Source: Gemmatimonadales bacterium (GTDB lineage Bacteria; Gemmatimonadota; Gemmatimonadetes; Gemmatimonadales; GWC2-71-9). Taken from it: a DNA stretch of 64,000 nt. The stretch spans positions 11,230-75,229 of the forward strand of contig JBFGJG010000018.1 of assembly GCA_041577295.1 (NCBI GenBank), given 5' to 3'. The notes under the pieces are model-generated. The model did no database searches, was not told the DNA's origin, and worked only from the letters and a program-made list of their open reading frames with translations. Numbering within the stretch: the stretch's first letter is position 1; each line of letters opens with the position of its first letter. Below are positions 10,916 to 21,422 of this stretch, piece by piece. A program made the position numbers and the translations under genes.

Positions 10916-12976
10916 ATGTCGGTTTTCGACCTCCAAATGCCGTTTCAGCCGGCGGGCGATCAGCCGCGGGCCATTGCCGAGCTCGCAGCCGGTCTCGAGC
11001 GCGGGGACCGGTATCAGACGTTGCTGGGGGTCACGGGATCGGGGAAAACGGTGACCGTGGCCAACGTCATTGCCCAGTGGAGTCGACCAACCTTGGTGCT
11101 TTCGCACAACAAGACGCTCGCGGCACAACTGTATGGTGAGCTGAAGTCGTTCTTTCCACGCAATGCGGTGGAGTACTTCATCTCGTATTACGACTACTAC
11201 CAGCCCGAGGCCTACGTTCCCGCCACCGACACGTATATCGAGAAGGACGCGTCGATCAACGAGGACATCGACCGGCTGCGGTTGCGTGCGACGTCGAGCC
11301 TCATGGAGCGAGACGACGTCATCATCGTGGCCTCGGTGAGCGCCATCTATGGCCTGGGGAGTCCGGCAGAGTACCGCGCCCGCATGCTGCTTGTGAGCGC
11401 TGGCGAGGAGCGCCCCCGTGATAGTGTCCTGGAAGCCTTGGTGAGTATCCAGTACCGTCGGAACGACGCGTCGTTCGAGCCGGGGACGTTTCGCGTCCGG
11501 GGTGATACAGTCGAGATCTTCCCGGCGTACGAAGAACAAGCTGTGCGCGTCGAGTGGTGGGGAGATACGGTGGAGCGTATCTCGAAGATCGACCCGCTGC
11601 GTGGCGAAGTCATTGCGACGCTCGCGCGCGCAGCCGTGTATCCAGCCACCCACTACGTGACGACTCGGCCCACCATCGAGCGCAGCGTCAAGGCGATCCG
11701 CGCAGAGCTGACCCAGCGGCTCGCCGAGCTCCGCAGTCAGGGCAAGCTGCTCGAGGCCCAACGGCTCGAGTCGCGCACGCGCTTTGATATCGACATGCTG
11801 CTCGAGGTTGGCACGTGTGCGGGAGTGGAGAATTACAGTCGGCACATCGACGCACGGCTTCCCGGAGAACGGCCGGCGTGCCTGCTCGACTATTTCCCCG
11901 ACGATTACCTCACCATCATCGACGAATCCCACGTGACGTTGCCCCAGGTCAGTGGGATGTACGAGGGCGATCGATCGCGCAAGCTCACACTGGTCGAGCA
12001 CGGGTTTCGGTTGCCATCGGCGCTCGACAACCGACCGCTCAACTTTCAGGAGTTCATGTCGCTCACGCCGTCGATGCTGTTTGTCTCCGCGACGCCTGGA
12101 AACTTGGAGTTGGAGTTATCAGCTGGCGTCGTGGTAGAGCAGATCATTCGACCCACGGGGCTCGTGGACCCGGAGGTCGACGTGCGCCCCATCCGGGGTC
12201 AAGTGGACGACCTGCTCTCCGAGGTACGACGGTGCGAGCAGGCCAACCACCGTGTACTCGTGACGACGTTGACGAAACGGATGGCGGAGGATCTCACCGA
12301 CTACCTCCAGCAGACTGGCGTGCGCGTGCGGTATATGCACTCGGACATCGATGCCATCGAACGCATGGAAATCGTGCGCGGATTGCGACTCGGCGAGTTC
12401 GATGTGCTCGTGGGCATCAACCTGCTGCGGGAGGGGTTGGATCTACCGGAGGTGGCACTGGTAGCCATTCTCGATGCCGATCAGGAAGGTTTCCTTCGCT
12501 CGGATCGCTCACTCATTCAGACGGTGGGCCGCGCCGCACGAAACGAACACGGTCGGGCGGTGCTGTATGCGGATCGGGTAACCGGGTCGATGCAGCGTGC
12601 CCTCGATGAGATGGGCCGCCGTCGCGGTATCCAACAGGCGCACAATGTGGAGCATGGGATCATCCCGACCTCGATTCGCAAATCGGTCGATCAGGTGCGG
12701 CTCTCCACGCGGGTGGCGGATGCGCGGGTGCGGGAAGAAAGACCGTCGGCTCCAGCGCCAGTGGAGCGCCTCGACACGGAAGCACTGCTCGGGCAGTTAG
12801 AACAGCAGATGCACGAGGCCGCCGCCAACCTGAACTTCGAGCTCGCCGCGCAGCTACGGGATCAGATCCTCGAGCTCAAGGCAGCTGGGGATCCGGTTCG
12901 CCGCACACCAGCCGGTGTGACGCGCGAGCGTGGCGCGAGCACCTCCCGCCGGCGAGCACGAACCCGTCGTGCCTAG
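10916..12976 (+). CDS. uvrB: Excinuclease ABC subunit B
   Basis: [41 protein letters not shown] and a C-terminal UVR domain. Confidence 0.98.
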   Translation: MSVFDLQMPFQPAGDQPRAIAELAAGLERGDRYQTLLGVTGSGKTVTVANVIAQWSRPTLVLSHNKTLAAQLYGELKSFFPRNAVEYFISYYDYYQPEAYVPATDTYIEKDASINEDIDRLRLRATSSLMERDDVIIVASVSAIYGLGSPAEYRARMLLVSAGEERPRDSVLEALVSIQYRRNDASFEPGTFRVRGDTVEIFPAYEEQAVRVEWWGDTVERISKIDPLRGEVIATLARAAVYPATHYVTTRPTIERSVKAIRAELTQRLAELRSQGKLLEAQRLESRTRFDIDMLLEVGTCAGVENYSRHIDARLPGERPACLLDYFPDDYLTIIDESHVTLPQVSGMYEGDRSRKLTLVEHGFRLPSALDNRPLNFQEFMSLTPSMLFVSATPGNLELELSAGVVVEQIIRPTGLVDPEVDVRPIRGQVDDLLSEVRRCEQANHRVLVTTLTKRMAEDLTDYLQQTGVRVRYMHSDIDAIERMEIVRGLRLGEFDVLVGINLLREGLDLPEVALVAILDADQEGFLRSDRSLIQTVGRAARNEHGRAVLYADRVTGSMQRALDEMGRRRGIQQAHNVEHGIIPTSIRKSVDQVRLSTRVADARVREERPSAPAPVERLDTEALLGQLEQQMHEAAANLNFELAAQLRDQILELKAAGDPVRRTPAGVTRERGASTSRRRARTRRA

Positions 12977-12977
12977 C

Positions 12978-13400
12978 ATGGACGTCGGCGCACCACGGGT
13001 GGTCACGTTGGCGGAGCTCGAAGCTGCCGCGCAACAGCTCTGGCGAGACGCCCCTCCCGGATCGGTCGTGTGGCTCACTGGTGAGATCGGCGCTGGGAAG
13101 ACGACGTTCGTACAGGCTGTGGTGCGGGCCGCGGGGGGAGGGCTCGCCACGAGTCCCACGTTTGCGTTGGTGCACGAGTACCCGGTAACCGGCGGTCTGA
13201 TCGTTCACGCCGACTGCTACCGGCTGCGTGACCCGGCCGAGGCGCTCGACCTCGACTTTCCCGGTCTCGAACAACGCGCTCGGCTCCTCTTCGTGGAGTG
13301 GCCGGAGCGAGCAGGCGAGCAGGCGCCCCCTCCCGATATTCGGCTGCGCTTCGCACACGCGGATCATCCGACGCATCGGGTTTTCGAGCGGCTACAGTGA
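12978..13400 (+). CDS. tsaE: tRNA t6A37 biosynthesis ATPase TsaE
   Basis: GEIGAGKTTF, SPTFALVHEY, HADCYRL, VEWPE. Confidence 0.92.
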   Translation: MDVGAPRVVTLAELEAAAQQLWRDAPPGSVVWLTGEIGAGKTTFVQAVVRAAGGGLATSPTFALVHEYPVTGGLIVHADCYRLRDPAEALDLDFPGLEQRARLLFVEWPERAGEQAPPPDIRLRFAHADHPTHRVFERLQ

Positions 13401-14146
13401 GCGCCGTGCAGATCGCCATCGATACCGCTACAGACGTCGGTAGCGTCGCCGTAGGAGATGGGGAGCGAGTGTTGAGCGAGCTGACCATCGGGCAGCGACG
13501 CCACGCGGCCGCGCTCACGCCGGCCGTGGCCGAGGTCCTGCGTGTCGCCGGCGTGAGCTGGGATTCGGTGACCGGCTTGATCGTAGCAGACGGCCCGGGG
13601 AGCTTTACGGGGTTGCGCATTGGTTTTGCCACCGCGAAGGGGATCCTGCAGGAGCGCGAGCGGTTGCGACTCTGGACGGCGCCCTCGCTGCTGTCAGCAG
13701 CATGCGCAGCGTGGGCCGTCGTGGGTGGGCCCGTCGCGGCAGTGTACGATGCGTTGCGGGGAGAAGTGTTCGCGGCGATGTATGACTTCGTGGATGGGGC
13801 GAGTGAACGGGGGACTGCGGTCCAGGTGCTTGTTCCGCCGTCGCTCACCACCGTTCAGGATCTCATGACGCAGTGTCCGGTAACACCAGTGGTTGCGGTG
13901 GGAGACGGTGCGGTGGCCTACAGAGATCATGTTGAACGGTGGACCGGTCGCGCTCCAATCGGGCCGTCACAGGGGTTCCCCCGGGCTGGGTCGCTGCTGG
14001 ACTTATTCCCGCTGGATGGCGGCGTGACCGAGATCGAGTCCATCGCAGAGTACGAGCCCACGTACGGCCGCCTTGCCGAGGCACAGGTTCGATGGGAGCG
14101 GGCGCATGGAAGACCACTACCAGATACGACCGGCGAAGATCGGTGA
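13397..14146 (+). CDS. tsaB: tRNA t6A37 biosynthesis protein TsaB
   Basis: IAIDTAT, GPGSFTGLRIG, DALRGEVF. GTG start overlaps the tsaE stop. Confidence 0.92.
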   Translation: MSAVQIAIDTATDVGSVAVGDGERVLSELTIGQRRHAAALTPAVAEVLRVAGVSWDSVTGLIVADGPGSFTGLRIGFATAKGILQERERLRLWTAPSLLSAACAAWAVVGGPVAAVYDALRGEVFAAMYDFVDGASERGTAVQVLVPPSLTTVQDLMTQCPVTPVVAVGDGAVAYRDHVERWTGRAPIGPSQGFPRAGSLLDLFPLDGGVTEIESIAEYEPTYGRLAEAQVRWERAHGRPLPDTTGEDR

Positions 14147-14576
14147 CCTGAGCGAGGTGGCCGCGATCGAGCAGACCGTCTTTTCAGATCCGTGGTCGCC
14201 GGGCATGCTGCGGAGAGCGTTCGAGGACCAACTGGCTTTAGTAGCCGTGGACGAAGATGGAGCCGTGGTTGGGTATCTGCTCGCGTCAGCCATCGGGGAC
14301 GAGGGTGAGATCCTCAACCTGGCAGTGCATCCGGCATATCGGCGTCGAGGGCTCGGGGCGAGGCTCACCACCGAGGGGCTCGACCTGCTTCGCTTTCGAG
14401 GCGTCCGCCAAGTCTTTCTCGAGGTGCGCGAGTCGAACGCGGGCGCCCGGCGATTGTATCAAAGCCTCGGGTTTGAACCGGTGGCTCGCCGGCGGTGGTA
14501 CTATCGAAACCCACGCGAGGACGCACTCATCCTCACCCGTGCGCTGCGGACCCTGCCGCGGGTATCGGCGGGATAG
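14106..14576 (+). CDS. rimI: Ribosomal-protein-alanine N-acetyltransferase (GNAT)
   Basis: FSDPWS, ILNLAVHPAYRRRGLG, LEVRESN, YYRNPREDA; follows tsaB. Confidence 0.9.
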   Translation: MEDHYQIRPAKIGDLSEVAAIEQTVFSDPWSPGMLRRAFEDQLALVAVDEDGAVVGYLLASAIGDEGEILNLAVHPAYRRRGLGARLTTEGLDLLRFRGVRQVFLEVRESNAGARRLYQSLGFEPVARRRWYYRNPREDALILTRALRTLPRVSAG

Positions 14577-14728
14577 GAGGCTAAAGAACCAGAAGGGGCT
14601 GGCACGGGAGGGCGGCGTAGAAGGGTCGAGGCAGCCTCGAGAAGGGCAAATGTCACACTTCGAGATCCCCATTGATCACTGCCGACGCCCGAGCGCGCGT
14701 AAAATGGGTCAAAGTGGCGTATCTTTGA

Positions 14729-14757
14729 TTGACAAAAGGACTTAAAGCCCCTATAGT
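14729..14757 (+). promoter_or_regulatory. Sigma70-type promoter upstream of ssb
   Basis: TTGACA (14729-14734), 17-nt spacer, TATAGT (14752-14757). GGAGG Shine-Dalgarno at 14791 precedes the TTG start. Confidence 0.8.
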
Positions 14758-14800
14758 TTGTCGCCGTCCGGGCTCCACTCCCCACCATTTGGAGGTCGTT

Positions 14801-15280
14801 TTGAGTCGCAGTCTGAACAAAGTCATGCTCATCGGAAACTTGGGGGCGGACCCCGAAATCCGGACCACGGCCGGCGGTACCCGTGTCGCAACTCTGTCAC
14901 TTGCGACCAGTCGTCAGTGGAACAACCAGGCTGGCGAGCGGCAAGAAAAGACGGAATGGCACCGGGTCGTGCTATGGAATAACCGAAACTCCGGTCTCGC
15001 CGACCTCGCCGAGAAGTACATGAGCAAAGGCGATCGGATCTACGTCGAGGGACGTATCGAATACCGGACGTGGGAAGATCGCGACGGCAATACGCGCTAC
15101 AGCACCGAAGTGGTGGCGCGCGAGATCATCATGTTGTCGCCACGCGGTGGTGGCGGTGACATGGGTGGCACGCCCGTCCCGGCTCGCAGCGCGCAGCGCG
15201 CGGGCGTCGAGGGGAAAACAGAGTCGTTCGACGATTTTCCAGAGGCTCTTGATGAGGAAGACGACGATCTCCCGTTCTAG
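14801..15280 (+). CDS. ssb: Single-stranded DNA-binding protein
   Basis: SLNKVMLIGNLGADPE, EKTEWHRVV, acidic tail DDDLPF. TTG start with GGAGG. Confidence 0.97.
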   Translation: MSRSLNKVMLIGNLGADPEIRTTAGGTRVATLSLATSRQWNNQAGERQEKTEWHRVVLWNNRNSGLADLAEKYMSKGDRIYVEGRIEYRTWEDRDGNTRYSTEVVAREIIMLSPRGGGGDMGGTPVPARSAQRAGVEGKTESFDDFPEALDEEDDDLPF

Positions 15281-16388
15281 CGCCGTTCTGCTCGCGCTCA
15301 CCTTGGGTCTCCCCCTCATCGGGGGGCCGGCGCTGGTGGCGCAAGAACCTCAGCCAACCGTGCACATCGTGGCGCCGGGTGAAACACTCTGGTCGCTCGC
15401 CTCCCGGTATCTGGGGGATCCGCTGCTCTGGCCGGAGATCTACCGGATCAACACGGTCGTCGTGGAGGACCCGCATTGGATCTTCCCGGGAGAGGAACTT
15501 CGTCTCCAGGCGCTCCCCGCGGTCGCGATGGATACCACTGGTGTGATCGACGAACGCGCGGTCGGCGTGCGGCCACCCCCACCTACGCCCGCACCGCCTC
15601 CGCCCTCTACCGGCGGTGCCCCGAGCGTCTTCGCTCGCGGCACCGGCGGGGCAGAGGGGTTCATCGTGAGCATTCGCGGCGATGCGTATCGGTACAAACC
15701 GCTCCGCCGCGGCGAGTTTTACTCCGCCGGATTCCTCACCGAGAAGGAGCGCTTGCCCTGGGCAGCGGTGGTGGGCGCCGTGGATCAGCCCAAGCTGCGC
15801 AACCTCCGAGGGAGTTCTCGGGCGCAACAGTTCGAAGAGATCGAATTGCGCGCCCCGGGCGGGGCTACGTATCAGATCGGCGATTCAGTGCTGGTCGCTC
15901 GGCTGGGCCGCGAGTTGGACGATTGGGGCCGCGTGGTGGTACCCACTGGCATCGCGCGTGTTACGGCCCTCGGTGTCGGACTCATTCGGGCCGAGATTCT
16001 CGAGCAGTTTGGCCGGATCAATGATGGGCAATCTGCCTTGCCGCTGGAGCCCTTCCGTGATCCAGGGAGCGTGATTCCTGTTCCCGTGGAAAATGGAGCC
16101 ATGGGGAGAGTGATCGCCCGAAGGGATCTCTCTCTCCTACCAGGTCAGCAAGATGTGGTATTCGTCGATTTGGGGCGTGTAGCTGGCGTTGTCCCAGGGG
16201 ACGTCATCGAGGTTCTGCGAGAACGCGATGCCCGGGATGCGTTTGTCGACGTGCCGTGGGAGCAGGTTGGGATCATGACCGTGGTGTTCGTTCGGGAGCG
16301 ATCCTCGTCAGCAGTGCTCACCCACATCAACGATCTCGGGATCGAGGCGGGCGCTCCGGTGCGACTCATTATGAAGATGCCCTCCTAA
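15252..16388 (+). CDS. Secreted LysM peptidoglycan-binding protein (TsaP-like architecture)
   Basis: Signal peptide ending LVA-QE, LysM (HIVAPGETLWSLASRYLGDPLLWPEIYRIN...DPHWIFPGE), Pro-rich linker and beta-rich C-terminal domains. Confidence 0.8.
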   Translation: MRKTTISRSSAVLLALTLGLPLIGGPALVAQEPQPTVHIVAPGETLWSLASRYLGDPLLWPEIYRINTVVVEDPHWIFPGEELRLQALPAVAMDTTGVIDERAVGVRPPPPTPAPPPPSTGGAPSVFARGTGGAEGFIVSIRGDAYRYKPLRRGEFYSAGFLTEKERLPWAAVVGAVDQPKLRNLRGSSRAQQFEEIELRAPGGATYQIGDSVLVARLGRELDDWGRVVVPTGIARVTALGVGLIRAEILEQFGRINDGQSALPLEPFRDPGSVIPVPVENGAMGRVIARRDLSLLPGQQDVVFVDLGRVAGVVPGDVIEVLRERDARDAFVDVPWEQVGIMTVVFVRERSSSAVLTHINDLGIEAGAPVRLIMKMPS

Positions 16389-16641
16389 GACCGGATAGCA
16401 TTTCATCTCCCACGGCGCCGAAGAGATCACACCGAGCTCCAGCGCTCTCTATGTCCAACGGAGTGACGATTCCTCGTCACTCCGACATCCGTGTGGGCGC
16501 AGAATTCGATGCGTCTCGGGTTGGTGATGGAGCGATGGCACTCTCTCCTCCACTTCAGCGTCATGCATCATCGCGTAAAGAGTCATACCATCCCGTCTGT
16601 CATACAACAAAAGTGGTAATCGGCGGAGGATTAGTAGAACG

Positions 16642-17595
16642 ATGACGGAACGAGTGCTGGTGACCGGGGGAGCGGGCTTCATCGGGTCTCACGTGGTCGA
16701 AGCCTATCTCGCGGAGGGGTACGACGTGATCGCGCTGGATAATCTCTCGAGCGGCAGACGCGCCAATGTGCCTCCGGGCGTGCAGCTCGTCGAGGCAGAT
16801 GTAGGCTCGTCAACCGCGCGGCAGCTTCTGGCGGAAGGCGGCTTCACCGTGTTGAACCACCACGCGGCACAGATGGACGTGCGTGTCTCGGTGACTGACC
16901 CCGAGTTCGATGCGCGCGAGAACATCATGGGGTTGCTCAACCTGTTGGAGGGCGCCCGTGCGGGTGGGGTCCGGCGCGTCGTGTTCGCCTCGTCAGGTGG
17001 TGTGGTATACGGCGAGAGTGATGACCTGCCACACGCTGAAACGGCACCTAAGCTTCCCGTTTCCCCTTACGGGGTGAGTAAGCTCACGTCGGAGTATTAT
17101 TTGGGCGCGTATATGCAGCTCCACGGTCTGGAGTCTGTGTCCCTCCGTTACGCTAACGTCTACGGGCCGCGACAGAGTCCACACGGGGAGGCTGGCGTGG
17201 TGGCCATCTTTGGCAATCGCCTGCGGCGGGGAGAGTCACTCACCATTTTCGGGGATGGGCAGCAGACGCGTGACTATGTCTTTGTGAAGGACGTAGCGCG
17301 CGCCAACGTCCTCGCAACCGGCTGGTCCATACCCGGACACATCGACACGATCGACGACGTGGCGTTCAACGTGGGCACGGCGACGGAGACTAGCGTCTTA
17401 CAATTAGCGGAAGGGCTTCGCGCCGCGACCAACGTGCGCGCATCGATCCAGCACGCACCGGCCCGCCAAGGGGAGCTGCAGCGGAGCGCCGTTGCGATTG
17501 AGAAGGCGAGCGAGCTGATGACCTGGCGGCCGGAGGTCAAGCTGGTGGGCGGTCTCCGCCTCACGTACGAGTGGATCCTCGAGGCTGCCGCGTGA
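16642..17595 (+). CDS. NAD-dependent nucleotide-sugar epimerase (UDP-glucose 4-epimerase-like)
   Basis: TGGAGFIGSH, AAQMDVRVSV, SSGG, YGVSK, NVYGPRQ, GEAGVVAIF. Confidence 0.85.
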   Translation: MTERVLVTGGAGFIGSHVVEAYLAEGYDVIALDNLSSGRRANVPPGVQLVEADVGSSTARQLLAEGGFTVLNHHAAQMDVRVSVTDPEFDARENIMGLLNLLEGARAGGVRRVVFASSGGVVYGESDDLPHAETAPKLPVSPYGVSKLTSEYYLGAYMQLHGLESVSLRYANVYGPRQSPHGEAGVVAIFGNRLRRGESLTIFGDGQQTRDYVFVKDVARANVLATGWSIPGHIDTIDDVAFNVGTATETSVLQLAEGLRAATNVRASIQHAPARQGELQRSAVAIEKASELMTWRPEVKLVGGLRLTYEWILEAAA

Positions 17596-18302
17596 TGTTC
17601 CAAGTGGGAGGGGCTCTTCCCAGCACGGTCTGGGAGCTGATTCAGGTCTCCAGCGCGGCCACGAAAGTCGTTCTGATAGTGCTGGTCGTGTTTTCGCTGA
17701 TCTGCTGGTTTCTGATCCTGCTCAAGGCGTTGCATTTCCGCCGGATCCGCAAGCGCGGGGATAAGTTCTTTGCCGCGTTGCAACGGACCACCCAGCTTCA
17801 CGAGGCGTATCATGTAGTGATGAAGCTGCCACCTTCTCCCTATGGTCGTCTGTTGCGCGAGGGGGTGAACTTCCTTTCGGAGCTCAAGCCCGGAGCTCTC
17901 GAGGAGGGGCAGGAGCTGCGAGACGTTCTCACGCCCACACAGCTGGATGCTCTACGCATGGTGTTGGCCAAGGAGATCAGTGCCGAGCGCGACCTCATGG
18001 CGCAGTTTATTCCGTGGCTGGCCACGATCGGCTCAGTGAGCCCCTTGCTCGGGTTGCTGGGGACCGTCCTCGGGGTCATGGATGCGTTCCTGGGGATCGC
18101 CGCGGGTGGATCGGGGAACATCTCGGCCGTGGCACCCGGGGTGGCCGAGGCGCTGATCACCACCGTGCTGGGTCTGGCCGTCGCAATCCCGGCCATCATC
18201 GCCTACAATCTCTTTGTAAACCGGTTGGGTATCTTTGCTGGTGAGCTCGAAGGGTTCGCCCACGAGATCGTCGGGACGATGGCCCGTGAAGGCAGGATTT
18301 GA
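17595..18302 (+). CDS. tolQ: TolQ (MotA/TolQ/ExbB proton channel)
   Basis: LATIGSVSPLLGLLGTVLG and VAPGVAEALITTVLGLAVAIPA; first gene of the tol-pal run. Confidence 0.9.
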   Translation: MFQVGGALPSTVWELIQVSSAATKVVLIVLVVFSLICWFLILLKALHFRRIRKRGDKFFAALQRTTQLHEAYHVVMKLPPSPYGRLLREGVNFLSELKPGALEEGQELRDVLTPTQLDALRMVLAKEISAERDLMAQFIPWLATIGSVSPLLGLLGTVLGVMDAFLGIAAGGSGNISAVAPGVAEALITTVLGLAVAIPAIIAYNLFVNRLGIFAGELEGFAHEIVGTMAREGRI

Positions 18303-18305
18303 CGC

Positions 18306-18728
18306 ATGAACCGAGGCGGGCTGCGTGGCCACGGGGAACTCCCTCTGGTATCGGATATCAACGTCACATCGCTGGTGGACGTAGCGTTTGTCCTGCTCAT
18401 CATTTTCATGATCACCGCACCCATCATGCAGGGTGGGGTGGATGTGCAGCTCCCGAGAGCGGAGGCCAGACCCCTTCAGCCCAAGGAGGGGTTGATCGTG
18501 TCGGTGGATCGGCAAAGCCGGATCTACGTCGACGACACCCCGCTGTCCTATGAGGATTTCCGCGCCACCTTCCAAGCCATAGTGTCCGCCAGACAGCCCA
18601 GTGGTGTCTACTTGCGTGCCGATCGCCGGGTGAGCTACGGCGATGTGGTGCGGGTTTTGGCCGTCATGCGCCCCTCGGGGGTGGCGGATGTTGGTCTAGT
18701 GGCGGAATCGGAGGACGTGGGACGGTGA
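18306..18728 (+). CDS. tolR: TolR/ExbD
   Basis: INVTSLVDVAFVLLIIFMITAP and LRADRRVSYGDVV. Confidence 0.9.
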   Translation: MNRGGLRGHGELPLVSDINVTSLVDVAFVLLIIFMITAPIMQGGVDVQLPRAEARPLQPKEGLIVSVDRQSRIYVDDTPLSYEDFRATFQAIVSARQPSGVYLRADRRVSYGDVVRVLAVMRPSGVADVGLVAESEDVGR

Positions 18729-19426
18729 GTCCAGGGTGGAGGAGCAAGCCAAAACGGGAGCGCCGCGGCGGCAGCGTTGCCTTTGTTGGCACACTCACGC
18801 TGCACGGTATCGTGCTTGGCGTGATGTTGTGGTCCCCTGCGGTGGCGCGGCCCGCGGTTCCGCCAGTCTACCGCGTGTCGCTTGTGGCCGCTCCGGAGCC
18901 CACACCCCAGGTGCGCAGGGCTCCCGAAGTCGTTCAGCGGCCCGCGGAACGCCCTGCCCCCGTCACGCCGCAGCCGCCCCGCCGCACCTCGGTGGCAAAG
19001 ACACCCCCGCCCCCAACCAAGACCGATACGGAGCGGGAACCCGCCCCCCGCACCAATCCCACAGAGGAGCTTGCGCCCGGAGCCAAGCCCTCGACGGGGA
19101 CGGATGTGGCGACCGTCAAGACCGAGGGCGTCGAGTTCGCCTACCCCGAGTACCTGCGCAACATCGTCGCCCAGATTTACCGCCGGTGGCACCGTCCAAC
19201 TGGCGTCCAGTCGTTTCGGGCAGAGATCATGTTCTTCATCCATCGCGACGGCAGGATCTCGAACCTGCAGTTCATACGGCGCTCGGGGAACTTCGCGTTC
19301 GATTTGGAGGCTCAGGGGGCCATTGAGGCGGCTGGAACCTCCGGCGCCTTTGGTCCACTCCCCAGCGGTTATCCCGCGGACGTGCTCCCTGTGAACTTCT
19401 TCTTCGATCCAGAGCGCGTGCAATGA
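18725..19426 (+). CDS. tolA: TolA/TonB-like energy transducer
   Basis: N-terminal TM with His (TLTLHGIV), Pro-rich linker and TonB_C-like domain (RRSGNFAFDLEA); sits between tolR and tolB. Confidence 0.8.
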   Translation: MSPGWRSKPKRERRGGSVAFVGTLTLHGIVLGVMLWSPAVARPAVPPVYRVSLVAAPEPTPQVRRAPEVVQRPAERPAPVTPQPPRRTSVAKTPPPPTKTDTEREPAPRTNPTEELAPGAKPSTGTDVATVKTEGVEFAYPEYLRNIVAQIYRRWHRPTGVQSFRAEIMFFIHRDGRISNLQFIRRSGNFAFDLEAQGAIEAAGTSGAFGPLPSGYPADVLPVNFFFDPERVQ

Positions 19427-20799
19427 GGTCCTGGCTGGCCAATACCGGGATCGTAACGATGCTGGTCGCCCTCGGCGCACCCGGGGCCATCGCCCAAGAT
19501 ACGATCCCGCCGGTCGAAGGAGGCGTGCGGCTGGGCATCACCTACACGCCGGGCATGCGTCCTGGCATGCTGGTGCTCGGCGGACCGCGAACGGAGCTGC
19601 TCGATTCAGTGCGAACGATCCTTCAACGGGATCTGGATTTCAGCGATCAGTTTGAGGTCATCACGCTCCCGGAGGGTGATGGTCTCATGATCGGGATCAG
19701 TGGTGGCTCGGCGGCGGCAAGCGGCTCCACCTTGGGTCCGTTCGTCAACTACCCCCTGTACGCGGCACTGGGGGCCGATTACGCGGTGGGGGTGCTGATG
19801 GCCCCCGATTCGACACGCTTCACCGTCAGCTTGTACGACGTGCGAGGTGAGTCGGTCCGACGGCAGTTCCCGCTCCCGGTTGGCGCGGTGTCGGACCCAG
19901 ACTTCAGGATGGCGCTCCATCGGGTGGCTGACGGTCTGGTCCGTGGCGCCACCGGGATCCCGGGGGTCGCCGCCACGCGCATCGCCTATATCGTCGGAAA
20001 GCAGCTGTACGTGACGGATGCCGACGGCCATGGCATCCGGGCCATTCCTACAGGCGGATCCGCCTTTTCGCCAACGTGGGATCCCAACGGCAAGCGGCTG
20101 GTGTATAGCGAGTTGGACCAGGGCCTCGGACGGCTCTACCTGCACGATCTCGAGTCCGAAAGACGCCGCCTCATTCCGTCCACGGACGATGGGCTGAACT
20201 TCGCGGCTGCATTCTCACCGGACGGCCGTCTCCTGGCGTTTTCCCGCGGGGGAGAGGACGGGACCCATATTTTTTCTTATAACCTCGCTCAGGACTGTTG
20301 TTTACAGCGCTTGACGGTAGGACGGTTTTCCGATAACCTATCCCCGACATTCAGCCCCGATGGACGACGCGTCGCATTTGTGTCGACCCGTGTCGGGTTA
20401 CCACAGATCTACGTGATGTCTGCCGATGGAACGGGGCAGGAGCTGTTCGCACCATTTGATTACGGAGTGACCGGCAGCTCGAACGCGCCCGAGTGGTCGC
20501 CGGACGGGACGCAACTGGCGTTCCACCGCGACGTCGCAGGAAGTCCTCAGGTGTTTCTCATGAACGCGCGCTCGAGGGAGGTACGGCAGCTCACCAGTGC
20601 AGGTCGCAACGAGGACCCGTCCTGGGCGCCGGACGGCAGACACATCGCATTCATCTCGAATCGAAGCGGATCCCGTCAGGTATGGATCATCGACACGGAG
20701 ACTGGACGAGTGCGGCAGTTGACGAGTAGCGGGAACGCGCGGCTCCCCGCGTGGTCTCCAGCAATCCCTGAGCCTTCCAACCCCTTAAGGCAGGAGTGA
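19423..20799 (+). CDS. tolB: TolB beta-propeller protein
   Basis: Signal peptide, RDLDFSDQF N-domain and repeated PD40 motifs (SPTFSPDG, PEWSPDG, PSWAPDG). Confidence 0.92.
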   Translation: MRSWLANTGIVTMLVALGAPGAIAQDTIPPVEGGVRLGITYTPGMRPGMLVLGGPRTELLDSVRTILQRDLDFSDQFEVITLPEGDGLMIGISGGSAAASGSTLGPFVNYPLYAALGADYAVGVLMAPDSTRFTVSLYDVRGESVRRQFPLPVGAVSDPDFRMALHRVADGLVRGATGIPGVAATRIAYIVGKQLYVTDADGHGIRAIPTGGSAFSPTWDPNGKRLVYSELDQGLGRLYLHDLESERRRLIPSTDDGLNFAAAFSPDGRLLAFSRGGEDGTHIFSYNLAQDCCLQRLTVGRFSDNLSPTFSPDGRRVAFVSTRVGLPQIYVMSADGTGQELFAPFDYGVTGSSNAPEWSPDGTQLAFHRDVAGSPQVFLMNARSREVRQLTSAGRNEDPSWAPDGRHIAFISNRSGSRQVWIIDTETGRVRQLTSSGNARLPAWSPAIPEPSNPLRQE

Positions 20800-21422
20800 C
20801 GATGCGACTGAGCGTTCCAATTTCCGCTGGGCTTGCCGTGATCCTCATTGCCGCAGCATGCGGCGGTGGCCAGCCCCAAGTGGCCGTCGGCCCGGATCCC
20901 GATTCCATCGCCCGCGAACAGCGCATCCGGGACTCCATTGCGGCGGCAGAGCGTGCCCGACGCGACAGTATCGCGCGGGCCGAAGAGGCCAGGCGACGCG
21001 CCCGGGAGGACTCCATTGCCCGCGCGCGCGCCGAGATGGAAGCGGTCCGCGCGATGATCGCGGAGCGTATCCACTTCGACTACGATCGGTCGAACATTCG
21101 CCCCGGTCAGGACACGCAGGTGCTCGAGCAAAAGCTGCGCATCCTGCAGGCGAATCCGGCGCTCCGTATCGAGATTGTGGGTCACTGTGATGAGCGCGGC
21201 TCCGATGAGTACAACCTTGCCTTGGGCCAACGGCGTTCGCTCGCCGCCAAGCAGTTCCTGGTCGATCGAGGGATCAATACGGATCGCATTTCGGTACGAT
21301 CTATGGGAGAGGAGCAACCACTCGATCGGGCATCGAATGAGTCCGCCTGGGCGATGAATCGGCGCGATGAGTTCATCATCATTGCCGGAGGAGATCAGCT
21401 TCGCAGGCCACCGGGAATGTGA
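20796..21422 (+). CDS. pal: Peptidoglycan-associated lipoprotein Pal (OmpA-like domain)
   Basis: Lipobox IAAAC, IHFDYDRS, GHCDERGSDEYNLALGQRR, NRRDEF. Confidence 0.93.
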   Translation: MTMRLSVPISAGLAVILIAAACGGGQPQVAVGPDPDSIAREQRIRDSIAAAERARRDSIARAEEARRRAREDSIARARAEMEAVRAMIAERIHFDYDRSNIRPGQDTQVLEQKLRILQANPALRIEIVGHCDERGSDEYNLALGQRRSLAAKQFLVDRGINTDRISVRSMGEEQPLDRASNESAWAMNRRDEFIIIAGGDQLRRPPGM

